This document shows positions 59,197 through 64,000 of a DNA stretch of 64,000 nt, piece after piece. The translations under genes were made by a program, and so were the position numbers. Numbering within the stretch: the stretch's first letter is position 1; each line of letters opens with the position of its first letter. The notes under the pieces are model-generated. The model ran no database searches, was not told the DNA's origin, and was given only the letters and a program-made list of their open reading frames with translations. This DNA is from an uncultured Bacteroidaceae bacterium (GTDB lineage: Bacteria; Bacillota; Clostridia; Christensenellales; CAG-917). The stretch is taken from contig CAZJZV010000007.1 in NCBI GenBank assembly GCA_964550635.1, positions 5,722-69,721 of the forward strand, in the 5' to 3' direction.

Positions 59197-60849
59197 TTAC
59201 TTTCTTAATTCGGTGCGGCGGATTTTGCCGCTGATTGTTTTCGGGAGTTCCTCTACAAAATCTATTATCCTTGGATATTTGTACGGTGCCGTTGCGTGTT
59301 TCACGTATTGTTGGATTTCTTTTTTCAGGTCTTCGCTCGGTTCCACTCCTTTCACAAGGACTATCGTTGCTTTGACCACTTGTCCCCTGACCGGATCGGG
59401 CACGCCCGTAACCGCGCATTCCACCACCGACGGATGCTCCATTATGACGCTTTCGATTTCAAACGGTCCGATGCGGTATCCGCTCGACTTGATAATATCG
59501 TCCGTTCTACCCACGAAGAACAGATTTCCGTCCTCGTCCTTCCAAGCGGTATCACCTGTATGGTATAATCCGTCGTGCATAGCGTCGGCGGTCTGTTCGG
59601 GACTGCCGTAGTACTCTCTGAACAACCCGTACGGTCTACCCTCGCTAATATCCACGCAAATCTCCCCTGCCTCGCCCATAGGGACGTCGTTGCCGTCGTA
59701 GTCGACAAGGCGGAGTTTATAGATCGGCGTAGGCAATCCCATACTACCCGCCTTCGGCGTTGCGCCGGTAAGGTTAGCGATAGTAAGCGTAGTTTCCGTC
59801 TGCCCGAACCCTTCCATAATAGAAAGTCCGGTGCTTGCTTTGAGCTGGTTGAACACTTCGGGATTGAGCGCTTCGCCCGCAGTCGTCAAGTACTTCAACG
59901 ATGACAAGTCGTACTTGCTCAAATCCGCCTTAATCATAAAGCGGTAGATAGTCGGCGGGGCGCAGAAAGTCGTGATGCCGTACTTCGCGAACATTGACAA
60001 CACCTTGTCCTGATCGAACTTGTCGAAATCGTAGGTGAACACGCACGCGCCGAGTAGCCATTGACCGTAGAGTTTACCCCATACGGCTTTACCCCACCCT
60101 GTTTCCGCGACGGTGAAATGCACCCCGTCCTTCTCGACGTTATGCCACCACTTCGCGGTGACGAAATGCGCGAGCGAATAGGTATGTTCGTGAGCGGCGA
60201 TTTTGGGATAGGCGGTGGTGCCCGACGTGAAATACATGAGCATCAACTCATCTCTCATAGGCGCGGTATCGTCGGTCGGACGGGGGTAAACGTCGGAGTA
60301 ATTTTCAAACTCCGAAAAACTGATCCAACCGTCTTTCGTGCCGTTAGATACCACTTTTATGGTGACGTTAGGGCATTTTTCGCAAGCGGTTTCCGCCTCG
60401 TCGAGAACGTTACCGGTCGCGGTGCAAATTATAGCCTTAACCCCTGCGGAATTGAATCTGTACACGAAATCCTTATCCTTGAGCTGATCGGTAGCGGGGA
60501 TGACGATTGCGCCGATTTTGTGGAGCGCGACGATAGCGGGCCAAAATTCCCAGTGGCGACGGAGGACGAGCATAACTCTATCCCCCTTTTGAATGCCGAG
60601 TTTTCTGAATAAATTGGCGCACTTTGCGCTCAGGCGCATCATATCGCCGAACGTGAAAACGCGGGACTGCATATCGTTCGACACCCAAATCATCGCCCTT
60701 CTATCGGGCTCGACGGTGCCGAAGTAGTCCACGACGTCAAAGCCGAAATTGTAGGTATCGGGGACGTGCCAATCCACGCCGATCAACCTACCGTTTTCGT
60801 CGATTTGCTCTGTTAGAAATCTTTCGTACAGTTCCATAATTATATGCAT
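59197..60849 (-). CDS. Acyl-CoA synthetase / AMP-binding enzyme (medium/short-chain type)
   Basis: YFTSGTTAYPK, AGEALNPE, EGFGQTET, YHTGD, GRTDDIIKSSGYRIGPFEIES, LPKTISGKI. The true start may be ATG 60837. Confidence 0.92.
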   Translation of the reverse strand: MHIIMELYERFLTEQIDENGRLIGVDWHVPDTYNFGFDVVDYFGTVEPDRRAMIWVSNDMQSRVFTFGDMMRLSAKCANLFRKLGIQKGDRVMLVLRRHWEFWPAIVALHKIGAIVIPATDQLKDKDFVYRFNSAGVKAIICTATGNVLDEAETACEKCPNVTIKVVSNGTKDGWISFSEFENYSDVYPRPTDDTAPMRDELMLMYFTSGTTAYPKIAAHEHTYSLAHFVTAKWWHNVEKDGVHFTVAETGWGKAVWGKLYGQWLLGACVFTYDFDKFDQDKVLSMFAKYGITTFCAPPTIYRFMIKADLSKYDLSSLKYLTTAGEALNPEVFNQLKASTGLSIMEGFGQTETTLTIANLTGATPKAGSMGLPTPIYKLRLVDYDGNDVPMGEAGEICVDISEGRPYGLFREYYGSPEQTADAMHDGLYHTGDTAWKDEDGNLFFVGRTDDIIKSSGYRIGPFEIESVIMEHPSVVECAVTGVPDPVRGQVVKATIVLVKGVEPSEDLKKEIQQYVKHATAPYKYPRIIDFVEELPKTISGKIRRTELRK

Positions 60850-60940
60850 AAATCCTATGCGAATACTCGATAGGATTTAAGTGGGGTTATCGTATTATCG
60901 CATTCGCTCCCGCATCGCAGGAGCGAAGACGAGATTTTTA

Positions 60941-62719
60941 TTACTTAAGATTATTTTCGAGAGTGTCGAGTTCTTCTTTCAAGGTTTCGGGGAGTTTGTC
61001 GCCGAACTTGGTATAGAATTCCTTGATACCATCCGCATCCTTTCTCCACAAATCCTTATCGACGGTGAGAAGGTCTGCAATTTGTTCTTCGGTGAGGTCC
61101 GAACCGCTGAGATCGATATCCGCGGGATCGGGAACGTAACCGATAGGAGTTTCGACTGCGTCGACGGTTTCTTCGCAACGGCGGAGAATCCAATCGAGAA
61201 CTCTCATATTATCGCCGAAGCCCGGCCACAAGAACTTGCCGTTTTCGTCCGTTCTGAACCAGTTGACGTTGAAGATTTTGGGTTGATGCTTGATCTTCTT
61301 GCCCATCTCGATCCAATGCGCGAAGTAGTCGCCCATATGGTAGCCGCAGAAAGGAAGCATTGCCATAGGATCGCGTCTGACGACACCGACCGCACCGCTT
61401 GCCGCGGCAGTGGTTTCGGACGCCATAATCGAACCGACGAACACGCCGTGATCCCAATCTCTCGATTGATACACGAGCGGAGTGGTTTGAGCGCGTCTAC
61501 CGCCGAAGATGATTGCACTGATAGGAACGCCGTTGGGTGCTTCAAATTCGCTGGAAATGCAGGGGCAGTTCTTTGCGGGAGCGGTGAAACGGCTATTGGG
61601 GTGCGCCGCTTTGACGGGTTTGCCGTCTGCGTCGACCATACCGGGATGCCACGGATTGCCCTTCCAATCGATGAGTTCTTCGGGTGCTTCTTTGGTGAGA
61701 CCTTCCCACCAAACGGTGTTATCCGCAGGATTGATTGCGACGTTGGTGAAAATCGTACCCTTTTGCGTGGATGCAAGTGCGTTGGGGTTGGATTTTTTGT
61801 TCGTGCCGGGAGCGACTCCGAAGAAACCTGCTTCGGGGTTGATTGCGTAAAGTCTTCCGTCCGCACCTACTCTGAGCCATGCGATGTCGTCGCCGACCGT
61901 GAACACTTTGTAACCTTTCTTGGTGTAGGTTTCGGGGGGAATGAGCATAGCGAGATTGGTCTTTCCGCAAGCGGAGGGGAACGCCGCCGTTACGTACTTG
62001 GTTTCGCCGTTGGGTTTTTGGATGCCGAGGATGAGCATATGTTCAGCCATCCAGCCTTCCTTCCAACCTTGGTAGGACGCTATACGAAGTGCAAAGCACT
62101 TTTTGCCGAGAAGGACGTTTCCGCCGTACGCGCTATTGACGGACCAAATTGCGTTGTCTTCGGGGAATTGGACGATATAACGATTGTTTTCGTCGACATC
62201 GCACTTTGCGTGGAAACCGCGCACGAAGTCGTCGTTGTCGCCGAGAGTGTCGAGAACTTTTTGTCCGACTCTGGTCATGATAGCCATATTGAGCACGACG
62301 TAGATACTGTCCGTGACTTCGATACCGATTTTGGAGAAGGGAGATCCGACCGCACCCATGGAGAAAGGAATGACGTACATCGTGCGACCTTTCATGCTGT
62401 CGCGAGCGATGTCTTTGAGCATTGCGTACATTTCTTTGGGGTCTTTCCAGTTGTTGGTGGGGCCTGCATTTTCTTTTTCTCTGGTGCAGATAAAGGTTCT
62501 GCCTTCCACTCTTGCAACGTCGTTGGGTTTAGTGCGATGATAGTAGCAACCGGGGAGAAGCTCTTGATTGAGTTTGATCATTTCGCCGGTAGCGACAGCC
62601 TCTGCACGAAGAGCCTCGAGTTGATCTTCTTCGCCCGTGATAAGGACGACGTTTTCGGGCTTGCAGAGAGCGATGCTTTCTTCTACGAATTTCTCAACGC
62701 CTATGTTTTGAAATTTCAT
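60941..62719 (-). CDS. pckG: Phosphoenolpyruvate carboxykinase (GTP)
   Basis: DVARVE, YGGNVLLGKKCFALR, AEHM, FPSACGKTNLAM, GDDIAW, HPNSRF, NWFR. Confidence 0.96.
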   Translation of the reverse strand: MKFQNIGVEKFVEESIALCKPENVVLITGEEDQLEALRAEAVATGEMIKLNQELLPGCYYHRTKPNDVARVEGRTFICTREKENAGPTNNWKDPKEMYAMLKDIARDSMKGRTMYVIPFSMGAVGSPFSKIGIEVTDSIYVVLNMAIMTRVGQKVLDTLGDNDDFVRGFHAKCDVDENNRYIVQFPEDNAIWSVNSAYGGNVLLGKKCFALRIASYQGWKEGWMAEHMLILGIQKPNGETKYVTAAFPSACGKTNLAMLIPPETYTKKGYKVFTVGDDIAWLRVGADGRLYAINPEAGFFGVAPGTNKKSNPNALASTQKGTIFTNVAINPADNTVWWEGLTKEAPEELIDWKGNPWHPGMVDADGKPVKAAHPNSRFTAPAKNCPCISSEFEAPNGVPISAIIFGGRRAQTTPLVYQSRDWDHGVFVGSIMASETTAAASGAVGVVRRDPMAMLPFCGYHMGDYFAHWIEMGKKIKHQPKIFNVNWFRTDENGKFLWPGFGDNMRVLDWILRRCEETVDAVETPIGYVPDPADIDLSGSDLTEEQIADLLTVDKDLWRKDADGIKEFYTKFGDKLPETLKEELDTLENNLK

Positions 62720-62786
62720 ATATACCTCCGCTGTGGCAATGCCACAAATTTATTACAAAGTTTCGTGAGCGACGCTCGCGAACTGT

Positions 62787-62820
62787 AAAATAGTATACTA
62801 TTTTGTAGTCAAATTGTCAA
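62787..62820 (-). promoter_or_regulatory. pckG promoter with a palindromic operator over the -10
   Basis: TTGACA-17-TATACT; perfect palindrome AAAATAGTATACTATTTT at 62787-62804. Confidence 0.65.
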
Positions 62821-62986
62821 CGAAAGGTTTTCTAATATAAGTATATGCGCGCACGCGCCTTGCATTTGACTCACGCCGCCCAAAAAGTCGGTTTTAATAT
62901 TGTTTGCAAAACAAGCGGTTTATATCATTATTTTTCATAGATAAAATGCCGTTTCGACCAAAATAAAACTTTTATCCATAAAATTC

Positions 62987-63015
62987 TTGAAAAAAAATCA
63001 ATATGGATATATAAT
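62987..63015 (+). promoter_or_regulatory. SigA promoter of the M20 gene
   Basis: TTGAAA-17-TATAAT. Confidence 0.6.
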
Positions 63016-63044
63016 CTATACAATAAATTTTTTAGAGGTGCATT

Positions 63045-64000
63045 ATGTCAATTGGTGCAATAGTCGGTATCGCAATAGCGGCGGCAGTCGTTCTTTTCGT
63101 GCTTGCGCTCGTCATCCGTACCGCCTTGAACAAACCCACTCACAAACCCGTAGAACTTGCAACCCCCGCCGCAGTCGACAAAGACAGAGCGGTCAAACAC
63201 TTGCAAGAAGCAATCCGCATCCCCACCGTGTCCATGGTGGACGACTATATCGACAACACTCAAGCATTCGTCGATTATAGAGATTGGCTCGAAAAGGCCT
63301 ATCCCCTTCTCAACGCAAAAGCGGAACGCACCATCATTGCGGGCTACTCGATCATCTATCATCTGAAAGGCAAAAATCCCGCGCTCAAAGGCGGTTGCTA
63401 TCTCAGTCATATCGACGTCGTTCCCGCTCCCGTAGACGGTTGGGAATACGATCCGTTCAGCGGTCATCTCACCGAAGACGGCTATATCTACGGCAGAGGC
63501 GCGCAAGATATGAAGAGCCATATGATCGCCCTTCTCGAAGCGGTCGAATATCATCTCGAACACGGCAAGGAATTTGAAAGAGATTTGTATCTCTGCTTCG
63601 GACACGACGAAGAACCCGGTCAATCCATAGTCGGCGCGTCCAGTATCGTCAAATATCTCAAAGACAAGGGTGTTGAAATGGAATTCGTCGTAGACGAAGG
63701 CGGCACCGTCCTTGACGGCAATCTTCTCGGCATCCCCCACACCGTAGCACTCATCGGCGCGGCGGAAAAAGGTAGCGGAGATCTCGAACTCGTCGTCAAC
63801 AAACAAGGCGGTCACGCATCCAACCCCAATCCTCCCACGGCGGACGGTGTGCTTGCAAAAGCGGTCGCAAAGGTGGAATCTCACCCCATGAAGACTCGTT
63901 GGACGGAACTCACCAAAGAAACCTTCAGAGAACTTGCTCCCTACTGCGGGGGCGGCGCACTCGGCAAAGTGTTCAAATTCTTGTTCACCAACCGCGACGT
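63045..64000 (+). CDS. M20 family metallopeptidase (carboxypeptidase S-like), partial
   Basis: Hand translation: N-terminal TM (MSIGAIVGIAIAAAVVLFVLALVIR), SHIDVVP, IYGRGAQDMK, GHDEE, DEGG, AEKG, GGHAS.P; GAGG RBS; runs off right edge. Confidence 0.9.
   Translation, partial: MSIGAIVGIAIAAAVVLFVLALVIRTALNKPTHKPVELATPAAVDKDRAVKHLQEAIRIPTVSMVDDYIDNTQAFVDYRDWLEKAYPLLNAKAERTIIAGYSIIYHLKGKNPALKGGCYLSHIDVVPAPVDGWEYDPFSGHLTEDGYIYGRGAQDMKSHMIALLEAVEYHLEHGKEFERDLYLCFGHDEEPGQSIVGASSIVKYLKDKGVEMEFVVDEGGTVLDGNLLGIPHTVALIGAAEKGSGDLELVVNKQGGHASNPNPPTADGVLAKAVAKVESHPMKTRWTELTKETFRELAPYCGGGALGKVFKFLFTNRD

Noticed and set aside
63048-63884. 278-aa minus-strand ORF
   Set aside because: Antisense to the M20 peptidase, which has clear motifs, RBS and promoter.

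Overview
Chromosomal window from an anaerobic Clostridia-class (Bacillota) bacterium, probably an uncultured gut lineage; the taxonomy is inferred from gene content and synteny. Nearly all genes are on the minus strand. Core genes: ABC-F ATPase (partial), rlmD, tandem PPi- and ATP-type phosphofructokinases, dnaE, whiA, a PHP protein, murB, uvrC, trpS, thrC, Re-citrate synthase, prfA, a DUF1385-PrmC fusion, rpmE, queH, a complete V/A-type (likely Na+) ATPase operon, rpiB, an acyl-CoA synthetase, GTP-PEPCK and an M20 peptidase (partial). Accessory genes: a 3516-aa surface protein and a REP-associated tyrosine (RAYT/HUH) transposase bracketed by two near-identical 67-69 bp perfect palindromes. 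The most striking non-coding signal is a five-hairpin array with four invariant ATATCAT linkers. It occurs twice (8108-8253 and 37984-38130) with the same architecture but different, compensatory stem sequences, each time fused to a REP-like repeat and placed at the stop codon of a housekeeping gene. Other leads: an apparently circularly permuted ABC substrate-binding lipoprotein downstream of an attenuator-like leader, a DDxxD-bearing DUF5685 gene coupled to an HPD-less J-domain protein with a cysteine-string tail, and several apparently leaderless genes. No rRNA, tRNA or CRISPR array was seen.
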